Positions 12,148 through 21,695 of a stretch of 64,000 nt of DNA are shown here, one piece after another. A program made the position numbers and the translations under genes. A model generated the notes under the pieces. The model searched no databases and was not told the DNA's origin. It saw nothing but the letters and a program-made list of their open reading frames with translations. The stretch is taken from NCBI GenBank assembly GCA_046545575.1, contig JBKGZM010000003.1:5118-69117 (forward strand). The letters are read 5' to 3'. This DNA is from Dehalococcoidia bacterium. Its GTDB lineage: Bacteria; Chloroflexota; Dehalococcoidia; SZUA-161; SpSt-899. Positions within the stretch are counted from its first letter, which is position 1, and every line of letters begins with the position of its first letter.

Positions 12148-12308
12148 TGCTACCTCCTTTTAGATTTTGTAGTTCCACCCCTTACTGTACTACAGTTACC
12201 TCATGCTCTCACCCCCTATCATGTTGGTTTTTACATATTCTACTCTTCATCATCTTAATTTTCAAGGCATAGGGTGCAGAGGTATAGCGTAGAGAAGCTA
12301 TTCACAGT

Positions 12309-12314
12309 TATAAT
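12309..12314 (+). promoter_or_regulatory. -10 box (TATAAT) for rnpB
   Basis: A perfect tataat ends 7 nt before the first base of the P1 helix of RNase P RNA. I recognised no clear -35. Confidence 0.45.
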
Positions 12315-12320
12315 GGAATT

Positions 12321-12674
12321 GGCCAAGTAGACCAGGTGACCGCCCGCCGAAGGCGGGAGGAAAGTCCGAGCTCCTCCGGGCAGGGTGCTGGGTAATCCCC
12401 AGGAGAGGTAACTCTCGGAAAGTGCCACAGAAACAAAACCGGTCGCCTATGGCGGACCAAGGGTGAAAAGGTGAGGTAAGAGCTCACCGCGCTCGCCGTG
12501 AGGCGAGTGGCGGGTAAACCCCACCCGGAGCAAGGCCAAATAGGAGGGGAGAGTGCCCGGCTCGTTCGGACCCTCGGGTTGGCCGCTCGACCCCGATGGC
12601 AACATCGGGGCTAGATAGATGGTCACCATCCGCCTCTGGCGGATACAGAACTCGGCTTACAGGTCTGCTTGGCC
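12321..12674 (+). ncRNA. rnpB: RNase P RNA, bacterial type A
   Basis: Universally conserved blocks read directly: GGAGGAAAGTCCGAGCTCC, ACAGAAACAAAACC, GGGTAAACCCCACCCGGAGCAAGGCCAAATAGG and ACAGAACTCGGCTTACAGG. The P1 helix pairs ggccaagtagacc (12321..) with ggtctgcttggcc (..12674). Confidence 0.95.
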
Positions 12675-12690
12675 GGCATACCACGAACAT

Positions 12691-13707
12691 CTAGATGCCC
12701 TTCTGAGCCATATATGCAGCCACGTCAGCAGTCCGGCAACTGTAACCCCATTCGTTATCGTACCACGACAGCACCTTTACCATATTTCCTCCGACAATCA
12801 TTGTGCTTAGACCGTCCACGATGGAACTGGCAGAGTTGCCCTTAAAGTCCATGCTGACCAGAGGCTCCTCACAGAATTCCAGAATACCCTTCATCGGACC
12901 CTCAGCTGCTGCCTGCAGGGCGTGATTTATCTCCTCGGCGGTGGTAACCTCTCTCTTCAAGTCAGCCACAAAATCGATGATGGACACCGTGGGGGTCGGC
13001 ACTCTGAAGGCTATGCCATTTATCTTTCCTTGCAACTCCGGGATCACCCTGGTGGTTGCCGTTGCTGCCCCCGTGTTGGTAGGGATTATATTCGACCCCG
13101 CTGCTCGCGCACGGCGGAGATCCTTATGGAACATATCCAGTATTCTCTGATCATTTGTGTAAGAATGCACGGTGGACATGAAACCTTGCTCTATGCCGAA
13201 GTTATCATGGAGAACCTTCACTATCGGGGCGATGCAATTGGTTGTACACGAGGAATTGGAGATAACACGATGTTTTGCAGGGTCATACTGGTACTCGTTG
13301 ACCCCCAGGACGAGAATCAAGTCCTCGTTCTTGGCCGGTGCAGAGATAACGACCTTTTTAGCCCCGCCTTCCAGGTGGGCAGCAGCCTTGGTAGCGTCTG
13401 TGAAAAGTCCGGTCGATTCAACAACTATGTCAATGCCAAAATCCTTCCAGGGTATTTTGGCAGGGTCTCGTTCCGATATAACTTTGACCTCTTTCCCGTC
13501 GACGACGATGGCGTCTTCAGTGGCCTCTACTGTGCCCGGATAAGGCCCGTAGGTTGAATCATACCTGAGAAGATGGGCATTGGTCTCGGTGTCTGTCAGA
13601 TCGTTGATCGCAGCAACCTCCAGTTCGTCTGCGTGATGCTCATTGATGGCTTTTAAGACCTGTCTGCCGATGCGCCCGAAGCCATTGATCCCAATACGTG
13701 TTGCCAT
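12691..13707 (-). CDS. gap: type I glyceraldehyde-3-phosphate dehydrogenase
   Basis: 338 aa. [12 protein letters not shown] motif and active-site SNSSCTTNC. Confidence 0.95.
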   Translation of the reverse strand: MATRIGINGFGRIGRQVLKAINEHHADELEVAAINDLTDTETNAHLLRYDSTYGPYPGTVEATEDAIVVDGKEVKVISERDPAKIPWKDFGIDIVVESTGLFTDATKAAAHLEGGAKKVVISAPAKNEDLILVLGVNEYQYDPAKHRVISNSSCTTNCIAPIVKVLHDNFGIEQGFMSTVHSYTNDQRILDMFHKDLRRARAAGSNIIPTNTGAATATTRVIPELQGKINGIAFRVPTPTVSIIDFVADLKREVTTAEEINHALQAAAEGPMKGILEFCEEPLVSMDFKGNSASSIVDGLSTMIVGGNMVKVLSWYDNEWGYSCRTADVAAYMAQKGI

Positions 13708-13795
13708 AGTAATCCTCCTCGCGTTTATTATGCTTCACTCATTATAGCAGATAAAAGCCAATTATCTGCAATCCGCTGTGCTGTAGCAATGACGT

Positions 13796-13823
13796 TTGAG
13801 TAAGCCTGAATGTTTGATATACT
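13796..13823 (+). promoter_or_regulatory. candidate promoter for the mobA-moeA-mobB operon (TTGAGT-16-TGaTATACT, extended -10)
   Basis: ttgagt at 13796..13801 and tatact at 13818..13823, preceded by tg at 13815..13816. Confidence 0.4.
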
Positions 13824-13855
13824 AAAGTGGAGACAAGCGTAAGTGTAATTTCCCC

Positions 13856-14461
13856 ATGAGTTCAATTATACTTGCAGGCGGCAGCGGTTCCCGTATGGGG
13901 CAAAATAAGTGTTTGATGGCTCTCAATGGGAAGAGTCTGCTGCAGCGCACGATGGATCGAGTCAATGAACTCGCTGGAGAGATCATCCTTGTGGTAGAGC
14001 AAGGGAAGTCATTGCTATACCCACAACTTCCCGAAAATGTGAAGGTTGCCGAGGACTTCTCGGGAGGGAAAGGCCCGTTGATGGGAGTCTATTCCGGGTT
14101 AAAGGCGTCGAGTGATAATTGGAGCCTGGTTGTCGGATGTGACATGCCATTCCTTAACGTTAATCTGCTCCGCTACATGGCCGATTTTGCTCCTCATTTT
14201 GATATCGTTATCCTGAGAATTAATGGTCTTCCGGAGCCGCTTCACGCAATTTACTCCAGCGAATGTGCGAATGTTATTGAGGAGATAATGGAAGAAGGCA
14301 AGTTCAAGGTAAATACAATACTTAAACGAGTCAATGTGAAATATGTTGAGGAAGGGGAAATATCCTTATTCGACCCCGAACATTTGAGTCTGTTCAATGT
14401 AAATACCCCCTCTGACCTTGAGAAGGCCAAACTAATTCTGAGTCGAGAGGAAGTGCAATGA
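13856..14461 (+). CDS. mobA: molybdenum cofactor guanylyltransferase
   Basis: 201 aa. N-terminal ILAGGSGSRMG nucleotidyltransferase motif. 4-nt overlap with moeA. Confidence 0.85.
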   Translation: MSSIILAGGSGSRMGQNKCLMALNGKSLLQRTMDRVNELAGEIILVVEQGKSLLYPQLPENVKVAEDFSGGKGPLMGVYSGLKASSDNWSLVVGCDMPFLNVNLLRYMADFAPHFDIVILRINGLPEPLHAIYSSECANVIEEIMEEGKFKVNTILKRVNVKYVEEGEISLFDPEHLSLFNVNTPSDLEKAKLILSREEVQ

Positions 14462-15708
14462 TCTCTATTGAGGAAGCTCTTGAGAAGGTCCTGAACAATG
14501 TAAGAGTTTTGGAGCGGGAGAGGAAACCCATTCTGGAGACCCTCGGCCAGGTATTGGCTGACACAATTTATTCACACATTGATATACCGTCACTGAACAA
14601 CTCGGGCATGGATGGCTATGCAGTCCAGTGGGATAGCATCAAAGACGCAGGGAATTCCCAGGTGGTCCTCAAGGTCATCGGTGAGGTAGCCGCGGGGTAT
14701 GTGTCTTCCCAAGAGGTGACCCCTGGCACCGCTGTCAGGATCATGACGGGTGCGCCGCTTCTTGAAGGAGCGGATACCGTTGTTCCATTCGAGAACACTG
14801 ATGAAGAGACCCGTAAGGGGAAAGGGACGCCGCTTGATGAGATCGGGGTAGTGGAAGCAGTGGAAAGGGGGGCCAACGTCAGAGAGGCTGGCGAGGACAT
14901 CACGAAAGGAGCGCTGACCCTGGAGCAGGGCACAGAGATCCGTCCGCAGGAGGTAGGAGTTCTGGCATCATTGGGGTATGCCGAAATCAATGTAATTCGC
15001 CGCCCCGTTGTCGCCATTCTCGCTACCGGTGATGAACTGGTGGACGCCGGGCAGCCATTGCGGCCGGGCAAGATATATAACAGCAACGCCTACAGTGTCG
15101 CTGCCCAGGTTCTCCGATACGGAGGCATACCTCATATTCTGGGGATCGCTACAGACGTGCGAAGTGATGTCTCTGATAAGATAGCAAAGGCCATGGATTC
15201 AGACCTGCTGATTACTACAGGTGGAGTCTCGAAGGGCGATTATGATGTAGTAAAGTACGCGCTGGCTGAGATCGAAGATATATCATTTTGGACGGTTCGA
15301 ATGAAGCCAGGCAAGCCACAAGGTTTTGGGGTGCTACAGAAGGGAGATAAGCGCGTCCCACATCTGGGATTTCCCGGCAATCCTGTCAGTTCGATGGTAA
15401 GCTTTGAGCAGTTTGCAAGGCCGGCAATTCTCAAAATGCTCGGGAAGAAAAAGCTTGTCAAACCGACTATTTCAGCGGTAAGCGAGAGCCGAATCGAAAA
15501 CACGGACGGACGCCGTGTTTTCGTGAGAGCTATGGTGAGAAAGGAGAAAGGCCAGTACTATGCTAGCTCAACGGGGCCGCAAGGGTCCGGTATCTTGACT
15601 TCTATGACGAGGTCCAATGGACTTATGATCCTCCCAGAAGATAGGGCATCAATAGAGGTAGGAGATGAAGTTACCGTGCAAATGATAGACTGGAAGGAGG
15701 AAAGATAG
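14458..15708 (+). CDS. moeA: molybdopterin molybdotransferase
   Basis: 416 aa. MoeA domain pattern (GMDGYAV, IMTGAPLLEGADTVV, TTGGVSKGDYD, PGKP). Confidence 0.9.
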   Translation: MISIEEALEKVLNNVRVLERERKPILETLGQVLADTIYSHIDIPSLNNSGMDGYAVQWDSIKDAGNSQVVLKVIGEVAAGYVSSQEVTPGTAVRIMTGAPLLEGADTVVPFENTDEETRKGKGTPLDEIGVVEAVERGANVREAGEDITKGALTLEQGTEIRPQEVGVLASLGYAEINVIRRPVVAILATGDELVDAGQPLRPGKIYNSNAYSVAAQVLRYGGIPHILGIATDVRSDVSDKIAKAMDSDLLITTGGVSKGDYDVVKYALAEIEDISFWTVRMKPGKPQGFGVLQKGDKRVPHLGFPGNPVSSMVSFEQFARPAILKMLGKKKLVKPTISAVSESRIENTDGRRVFVRAMVRKEKGQYYASSTGPQGSGILTSMTRSNGLMILPEDRASIEVGDEVTVQMIDWKEER

Positions 15709-15709
15709 C

Positions 15710-16357
15710 ATGCCACCTACTGTTTGTATTGTGGGCAAATCGGAGACGGGGAAAACAACCCTTTTAGAAAAGTTGATTCCCGAACTCAAAGGCCGTGGTC
15801 ATCGCATTGCTACTATAAAACACCAGGCTGGAGGTTTCGATCTGGACATACCGGGAAAGGATTCCTGGCGCCACGCTCAAGCGGGCAGCGAGTGTGTTAT
15901 CCTGAGTTCCACGGAAAGGGTGGCGGTCATCCAGCAAACCGACCATGAGATGAGTCTGGCCGATCTCGCGCAGTTTATCCCGTGGGATTGCGACCTCGTT
16001 CTCGTGGAAGGATTTAAGAAAGGGAAAGCCAGCAAGATAGAGGTTCACAGAAAGGGGTCTGGGGAGCTTGCCCTTTTCCCCCAGGAACTTCTGGCGGTGG
16101 TTACAGATGAAGAATTAGACCTCGATGAGAGAGCTCCCCAGTACTCCCACGATGACATATCAGGATTGGCTGACCTCATTGAGGACAAGATCTTATCATC
16201 ACAAGCGGAGGAGGTCTCTGTCTTTGCAGATGGCAAAGCGATCCCAGTTAAACAATATGTTGCAGACCTCTTCGCCAACATAGTGTATGATATGGTTTCA
16301 TCACTGAAGGGGGCAGAGTCGCCCAAGAACATGAGCATTTCTATCAGGAAGCGTTAG
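15710..16357 (+). CDS. mobB: molybdopterin-guanine dinucleotide biosynthesis adaptor protein MobB, with a C-terminal extension of about 55 aa
   Basis: 215 aa. Walker A GKSETGKTT and a MobB core (IKH, VLVEGFK). The tail EVSVFADGKAIPVKQYVADLFANIVYDMV... is unassigned. Confidence 0.8.
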   Translation: MPPTVCIVGKSETGKTTLLEKLIPELKGRGHRIATIKHQAGGFDLDIPGKDSWRHAQAGSECVILSSTERVAVIQQTDHEMSLADLAQFIPWDCDLVLVEGFKKGKASKIEVHRKGSGELALFPQELLAVVTDEELDLDERAPQYSHDDISGLADLIEDKILSSQAEEVSVFADGKAIPVKQYVADLFANIVYDMVSSLKGAESPKNMSISIRKR

Positions 16358-16361
16358 GTGT

Positions 16362-17012
16362 TTATATACTCGGGGTAAGTTTGTGAAGGGCAAGGGATAG
16401 AACGAAATGCCCCCCAGCTTCAGGCTGGGGGGCATTTCTTATTTGCTCACTCAAATGGCCGAGGGGAAGTAATTCCCTGCCGAACGTGGAGTTGATTAAT
16501 ACCGCTGCGGAGCAATACCAGGCAATAAGGGCACACAGGATTCCCTCGTATCCTGCTATCGTCTTGACGGTCGCATTGTATTCTCCCCAGGCAAGCAGGA
16601 AGAACAGAATGGTAAGGGTCACAAACACGGCGCATAGCGCCCGTGAGGTTTTCAGAGATGCAATGGTTGCATAGCCTGTAAAGATTCCCCATGCAACCAG
16701 GAACAGGGTCATACCTTCGACAGGCACTGCAGGAAGCAGTCCCGCTGTCTCCAGGATTATCATGGTGGCCAAAGCGATCCAGAATGCGCCAAAGGACGAG
16801 AAGCAGGTAGCTCCGAAGGTGTTTCCGGATTTTACTTCCCACATTCCAGCGCAAAATTGGGCCATTCCCCCATAGAACAATCCCACCGGCAGTACCATTC
16901 CCAGACTCGCTGCATCGACTATCCCGGCATTAACGAAGTTCAGAAGGAAGGTCGTCATCGCGAATCCCCCCAAACCTAAAGCTGCCGGATTAGCTAGCTT
17001 GCTGTCACTCAC
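16362..17012 (-). CDS. satP: acetate/succinate channel, GPR1/FUN34/YaaH (SatP) family
   Basis: 216 aa. MSDSKLANPAALGLGGFAMTTFLLN... parallels E. coli SatP (NPAPLGL, YGG..Q, GNTFG). Homology appears to end near ...FGRELLPLGHL. The last 27 or so codons run through the terminator hairpin. Confidence 0.85.
   Translation of the reverse strand: MSDSKLANPAALGLGGFAMTTFLLNFVNAGIVDAASLGMVLPVGLFYGGMAQFCAGMWEVKSGNTFGATCFSSFGAFWIALATMIILETAGLLPAVPVEGMTLFLVAWGIFTGYATIASLKTSRALCAVFVTLTILFFLLAWGEYNATVKTIAGYEGILCALIAWYCSAAVLINSTFGRELLPLGHLSEQIRNAPQPEAGGHFVLSLALHKLTPSI
16404..16438 (+). terminator. rho-independent terminator (15-bp perfect stem) downstream of mobB
   Basis: gaaatgccccccagc/ttcag/gctggggggcatttc, followed on the + strand by cttattt. 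It lies inside the 3' tail of the convergent satP ORF. Confidence 0.75.
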
Positions 17013-17054
17013 GCGGTTATTCTCCTTTCTCTATCTATCTCGATTTCGGTTTGT

Positions 17055-19034
17055 TTATCCTTGTCTGCCCCTGATCAGGTCATCAACTACGGAAGGGTCA
17101 GCAAGCGTACTCGTATCACCCACGCCATCGACTTCACCAGCAGCCACCTTGGTCAATATCCTTCTCATGATCTTGCCACTCCTGGTCTTGGGTAAGCCGT
17201 CAGTGAACTGGACACCGTCCGGTGTCGCGATGGGGCCGATCTCGTTACGGACATGGCTCCTGAGTTCCTTCTTGAGATCATCCGTCTTCTCCACACCGGC
17301 CCTCAGTATCACAAAGGCATATATGCCCTGGCCTTTGACCTCGTGCGGCATACCCACAACGGCAGCCTCGGCTACGCTCGGGTGAGATACCAGCGCGCTC
17401 TCAACCTCGGCTGTCCCCATTCGGTGCCCGGATACGTTGATCACGTCGTCTATCCGGCCCATGAGCCAGTAGTAGCCATCCTCGTCTATCCTGGCTCCGT
17501 CACCGCATGTGTATACTCCCTCGAACTTCCTGAAATATGTTTCCTTGAACCGCTCAGGATCGCCATAGACCCCTCGCATAAGTCCAGGCCAGGGCCTTGT
17601 GATGACCAGCCAGCCGCCTTCGTTGACATCTGCCTTGCTGCCGTCTTCCCTCAGAATCTCCGGAACAACGCCGGGGAGTGGGAACGTGGCAGAGCCAGGT
17701 TTGAGCGGTGTGGCCCCAGGAATCGGGCTGATCAGGTGACCACCGGTCTCGGTCTGCCACCAGCAGTCGGTTATGTAGCACCGCTCTTGTCCTACTACTG
17801 TGTAGTACCACATCCACGCCTCCGGGTTTATAGGTTCGCCCACGGAACCCAGAACGCGCAGACTGCTCAGATCGTGCTTGGTTACCCATTCATCCCCCTC
17901 TCTCATGAGGGAGCGAAGGACTGTCGGAGCGGTATAGAACGTGTTCACGCCATACCTCTCCACGATCTGCCAGAACCTGTCCGGTTTGGGATAGGTCGGG
18001 ACTCCTTCAAATATCAGGCTGGTAGCGCCAAGGGATAGAGGCCCGTACAGGCAGTAGGTATGCCCTGTAACCCATCCGATATCCGCTGTACACCAGTATG
18101 TTTCCTCATCGGGCTTGAAGTCGAAACTCCATTTCATTGTCTGGCCAGCAAAGAGCAGATAGCCAGCCTGTGTATGCAGTACCCCTTTAGGCTTGCCAGT
18201 GGTTCCACTAGTGTAAAGTATAAATAGCGGGTCCTCGGAATCCATTACTTCAGGCTCACAGGTTGCCTTGATGTCCTCGGCAGCCATCTCATCATTCCAG
18301 AAGCGATCACGGCCTTCCTTCATGGGAACCTCGATATCGGCCCTCTTGACCACGATGGAGTGCTTCACCTCAGGACAGCTTTCCAGAGCCTCGTCTGCAT
18401 TGTCCTTACTTCTGATGACTTTACCGCTGCGGTAGTAGCCATCCGCACAGATCAGGAGCTTAGCGCCGCAGTCCAGTATCCTGTCCCTTAAAGCATCGGC
18501 ACTGAAACCACCGAATACGACGCTGTGAATAGCACCGATTCTGGCGCAGGCCAGCATAGCAATTGGCAATTCAGGGATCATGGGCAAGTAGATGGATACT
18601 CTATCCCCCTTTTGAATGCCGTGTTTCTTCAACACATTGGCGAATTTGCATACCTCGTGATAGAGCTCTTGATAGGTAATGATCCTGCTGTCGCCGGGGT
18701 CTCCTTCCCAGATAAATGCAGCCTTGTTCTTTCTCCAGGTGCTGGTATGTCTATCCACGCAGTTGTAAGCGACATTGAGTTTGCCCCCTACAAACCACTC
18801 ATGCTTGCCTTCTTTGAAGTCCTCAACGAGCACCTTGTCCCACTTCTTGTACCAGTCCAGCTGTTCTGCTAATTCTCCCCAGAAGCCTTCAGGGTCATCG
18901 ATGGATCTCTGGTAGGTTTCCCTGTACTCATCCATGCTCTTGATGTAAGCCTGCTGCCTTTGTTCCTCAGTAGGGTAGAAAACTCGCGTTTCCGTCATTA
19001 CCGAGTTTATGCCTTTTTCGTCTGCCATTGCCAA
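17055..19034 (-). CDS. acs: acetyl-CoA synthetase (AMP-forming)
   Basis: 659 aa. AMP-binding signature [19 protein letters not shown], and C-terminal [11 protein letters not shown] containing the conserved regulatory lysine. Confidence 0.95.
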   Translation of the reverse strand: MAMADEKGINSVMTETRVFYPTEEQRQQAYIKSMDEYRETYQRSIDDPEGFWGELAEQLDWYKKWDKVLVEDFKEGKHEWFVGGKLNVAYNCVDRHTSTWRKNKAAFIWEGDPGDSRIITYQELYHEVCKFANVLKKHGIQKGDRVSIYLPMIPELPIAMLACARIGAIHSVVFGGFSADALRDRILDCGAKLLICADGYYRSGKVIRSKDNADEALESCPEVKHSIVVKRADIEVPMKEGRDRFWNDEMAAEDIKATCEPEVMDSEDPLFILYTSGTTGKPKGVLHTQAGYLLFAGQTMKWSFDFKPDEETYWCTADIGWVTGHTYCLYGPLSLGATSLIFEGVPTYPKPDRFWQIVERYGVNTFYTAPTVLRSLMREGDEWVTKHDLSSLRVLGSVGEPINPEAWMWYYTVVGQERCYITDCWWQTETGGHLISPIPGATPLKPGSATFPLPGVVPEILREDGSKADVNEGGWLVITRPWPGLMRGVYGDPERFKETYFRKFEGVYTCGDGARIDEDGYYWLMGRIDDVINVSGHRMGTAEVESALVSHPSVAEAAVVGMPHEVKGQGIYAFVILRAGVEKTDDLKKELRSHVRNEIGPIATPDGVQFTDGLPKTRSGKIMRRILTKVAAGEVDGVGDTSTLADPSVVDDLIRGRQG

Positions 19035-19202
19035 AAATCCTCCTTAGTCAAAAACTTTCAATATCTGCTCATGCGCCTGTGCGGCGCACACGCGTATCCT
19101 ATCTCTTTCAAGCATTGGAATCTATCAAACCACACACCACATCCATCCATCCAGGCAAGGCCTTGCCGTTTATTGTGCGATTAGTAGATGCTCTATTGAG
19201 GG

Positions 19203-19658
19203 TTAATCCTGAGCAGTAACGCCGAGCAATTGCACGTAAGATTGCCGCAATCTCGTTGCTACCACCCGTGCGACTGCCTTAGCTACTTTAAACCCTATTT
19301 CCGGTCTTTCAGCGAACAAATCATCGAGTTTCTGCCCTTCAAAGGCCAGAACCTTTGTTGTCTCTATAGCCTTGACGCTGGCTGTACATGTATGGGGCTC
19401 TATGATGGCTGACCAGCCGAATGTCTCAAAATTGGAAACTGCCTGGACCTGGCGCTGTGCCATTGGTCCTACCTCTAAGATGATCCCAACCAGCCCCTCT
19501 TCTATCACATAAACGCGATCCTCTATCCTGCTTTGCTTGCAAATAAGGTCACCAGGCTCGAAGACTTCAGAAGTGCACAGATCCTGGATGACAGCCAGTT
19601 GGTCATCATCGAGGTCACGAAACAACTCAGACCTTTTCAGGAGCTCAATTTTTTCCAT
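19203..19658 (-). CDS. stand-alone cyclic-nucleotide-binding (CAP effector) domain protein with no output domain
   Basis: 151 aa. Beta-roll pattern LFRDLDDDQLAVIQDLCTSEVFEPGDLICKQ...VYVIEEGLV. The phosphate-binding cassette is degenerate (FGWSAIIEPHTCTASVKA where FGE......RSA is expected). Confidence 0.75.
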   Translation of the reverse strand: MEKIELLKRSELFRDLDDDQLAVIQDLCTSEVFEPGDLICKQSRIEDRVYVIEEGLVGIILEVGPMAQRQVQAVSNFETFGWSAIIEPHTCTASVKAIETTKVLAFEGQKLDDLFAERPEIGFKVAKAVARVVATRLRQSYVQLLGVTAQD

Positions 19659-19712
19659 TCATACCCTCCCCTTTTGTGTTTGATAGACTGTTTATATAGC
19701 TGCACTGTAGCT

Positions 19713-19741
19713 ATTATAACGCACCTGTCGGCATCATGCAA
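19713..19741 (-). promoter_or_regulatory. sigma70-like promoter (TTGCAT-17-TATAAT) for the cNMP-domain gene, and probably acs-satP
   Basis: On the minus strand, ttgcat (19741..19736) and tataat (19718..19713), 17-nt spacer, about 50 nt upstream of the ATG at 19658. Confidence 0.5.
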
Positions 19742-19770
19742 CGTCTGTTCGCTGGCAAATAATCCTACCA

Positions 19771-21666
19771 CTACGTAAAAGCCATCCTTAGCTGATATGT
19801 CCCGCTTTCGTATCGCTCTTCGATTTTGAACCCCGCTTTTCTGAACAGTTGAAGCATTGCTTCATTCCCCCATAGCACCTCAGCGGTAAAACCAAGAAGT
19901 CCCTGATTCTTTGCCAGGTAAGTTAGATACGAGAGCAATGCAGTCCCTATTCCTCGATCTTGGTACTCATCCCTCACAGCGAAAACAACTTCAGCGGTAT
20001 AACCGTTCCTATCTATGTAATACCTTCCCACCCCTAAAACCTCTTCTCTTTCACTCCACGAAGGCACTGCAACGATGGCCATTTCCGTGGTATAGTCGAC
20101 AATTACGAACTCCTGCAGCCACTCATGCTGCATATCCTTTCGCACCGACATGAATTTCTTGTACACGCTATCATCTGAAAGGGAATAGAAGAAGTCCCGA
20201 AGTAAAGGCTCATCGCTTATTTTAATGGGCCTGAGAAATACCTCCATTCCGCTTTTTGTTGACCTGTAGGTCTCCAAATCCTCCGGATATTCCCCTCCCT
20301 TTCCTTCTATGAGTTTCTGATCGTCATATATGAGCTTGAGTTCCTTTGCCTTCTGTAGCAGCCAGGACCTGAACTTTGGATGTGCAACCGCTATGAGTTC
20401 CATAGCCCTTTCTCTGATATTCTTCCCATGTAAATACGCTATCCCGTATTCCGTGACAACGTAGTGAATATCGCCCCTGGTCAGAGTCACCCCTGCTCCT
20501 TCTTTCAGAAATGGGACTATTCTGGAGACTTCACCGTCTTGAGCAGTCGCTTGCAGAGCCAATATGGTCTTACCGCCCGGTGCAAGTACAGCGCCCCTCA
20601 TGAAGTCAGCCTGCCCCCCAATGCCGCTGTAAAACGTCTTCCCGATTGATTCTGCGGTGGCCTGCCCGCTTAAGTCTATCTCCAGTGCGCTGTTAATCGC
20701 AACCATGTTCTCGTGCTGAGCTATTACCAGAGGATTGTTCGTGTAGTCGATAGTCCGGAATTCGATGCCCGGGTTGTCGTGAATATATTCATATGCCTCC
20801 TGCTTACCCATGCAGAATGTCGCCACGGTCTTTCCGCGATCAAGGGATTTCCTTGTGTTATCGACCACACCCCTTTTCATAAGTTCCACCAGGCCATCGC
20901 TTAGAAGTTCGGTATGAACCCCCAGGTGTTGCTTATAAATAAGGCTGGACAGAATCGCGTTTGGTATGCTTCCATACCCTACCTGAATCGTATCCCCATC
21001 CCGGATCAGGCGTGCCACATGCATGCCAATACGTTGCACAATCTCATCGGGAGCCTTGGCTTCATATTCCAATAACGGGGCATCATGTGCGACGATGAAG
21101 TCTACACTGTCTATATGTATGAAGCCATCGCCGTGGACACGAGGCATATTTTGATTGATTTGAGCTATGACCAAGGAAGCGCTCTCCACCGCCGCTTTTG
21201 TGAGGTCCACACTCACTCCCAGACTCATAAAACCGTGCCTGTCAGGAGGTGAGGTTTGGATAAGCGCCACGTCAATCGGCACTACCCCCCGATAGAACAA
21301 GCCCGGAACGTGTGAGAGAAAGATCGGTGTATAGTCTGCAATTCCCTCGTTGACTGCGTTTCTGGTACTGCTCCCGAGAAAGAAGGAATTATGGCGGAAA
21401 CTATATTTGTATTTGTCATCGGCGTAGGGAGCGATCCCAAACGTCCAGACATGTATAAGTTCTGCGTCGAAAGAAGCTTTGCTTGATTCCACATAATTTA
21501 TCAACGCCTGAACCAGATATTCAGGTTCACCACATGCTGATCCTATGACGATTCTGTCACCTCTGCGAATGTGGCTGAATATCTGTCTCTCTGAGGCAAA
21601 TTTCTCGGGGTATTGTTCTTTCAGCTTGTCCAGCGCGTTATCTGTCTGTGACGACTCTATTTCCAT
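19771..21666 (-). CDS. acetyl-CoA hydrolase/transferase family domain fused to a C-terminal GNAT acetyltransferase domain
   Basis: 631 aa. The N-terminal 440 or so aa resemble 4-hydroxybutyrate/acetyl-CoA CoA-transferases (SACGEP, GIGGQADF). The C-terminal 170 or so aa form a GNAT domain (VFLRPIKISDEPLLRDFFYSLSDDSVYKKF...RDEYQDRGIGTALL). Confidence 0.8.
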   Translation of the reverse strand: MEIESSQTDNALDKLKEQYPEKFASERQIFSHIRRGDRIVIGSACGEPEYLVQALINYVESSKASFDAELIHVWTFGIAPYADDKYKYSFRHNSFFLGSSTRNAVNEGIADYTPIFLSHVPGLFYRGVVPIDVALIQTSPPDRHGFMSLGVSVDLTKAAVESASLVIAQINQNMPRVHGDGFIHIDSVDFIVAHDAPLLEYEAKAPDEIVQRIGMHVARLIRDGDTIQVGYGSIPNAILSSLIYKQHLGVHTELLSDGLVELMKRGVVDNTRKSLDRGKTVATFCMGKQEAYEYIHDNPGIEFRTIDYTNNPLVIAQHENMVAINSALEIDLSGQATAESIGKTFYSGIGGQADFMRGAVLAPGGKTILALQATAQDGEVSRIVPFLKEGAGVTLTRGDIHYVVTEYGIAYLHGKNIRERAMELIAVAHPKFRSWLLQKAKELKLIYDDQKLIEGKGGEYPEDLETYRSTKSGMEVFLRPIKISDEPLLRDFFYSLSDDSVYKKFMSVRKDMQHEWLQEFVIVDYTTEMAIVAVPSWSEREEVLGVGRYYIDRNGYTAEVVFAVRDEYQDRGIGTALLSYLTYLAKNQGLLGFTAEVLWGNEAMLQLFRKAGFKIEERYESGTYQLRMAFT

Positions 21667-21695
21667 TCTTCTCTTGATTCATTGGGATAACCCGA

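Noticed and set aside
12447-12690. Two minus-strand ORFs (60 and 68 aa) between the TRAP operon and gap
   Set aside because: They lie entirely inside the RNase P RNA gene on the opposite strand and are artefacts of the GC-rich structured RNA.
13708-13855. Moco riboswitch upstream of mobA; SAM/SAH riboswitches upstream of mtnP (48974..51) and ahcY
   Set aside because: The spacers are too short, or in the ahcY case overlap coding sequence. They show none of the conserved cores I know for these classes, only promoter-like hexamers.
19141-19153. Microsatellite-like (catc)3 in the acs upstream region, and (gtg)4 at 4321..4332
   Set aside because: These are too short to be meaningful repeats. The second simply encodes VVVV in coaBC.
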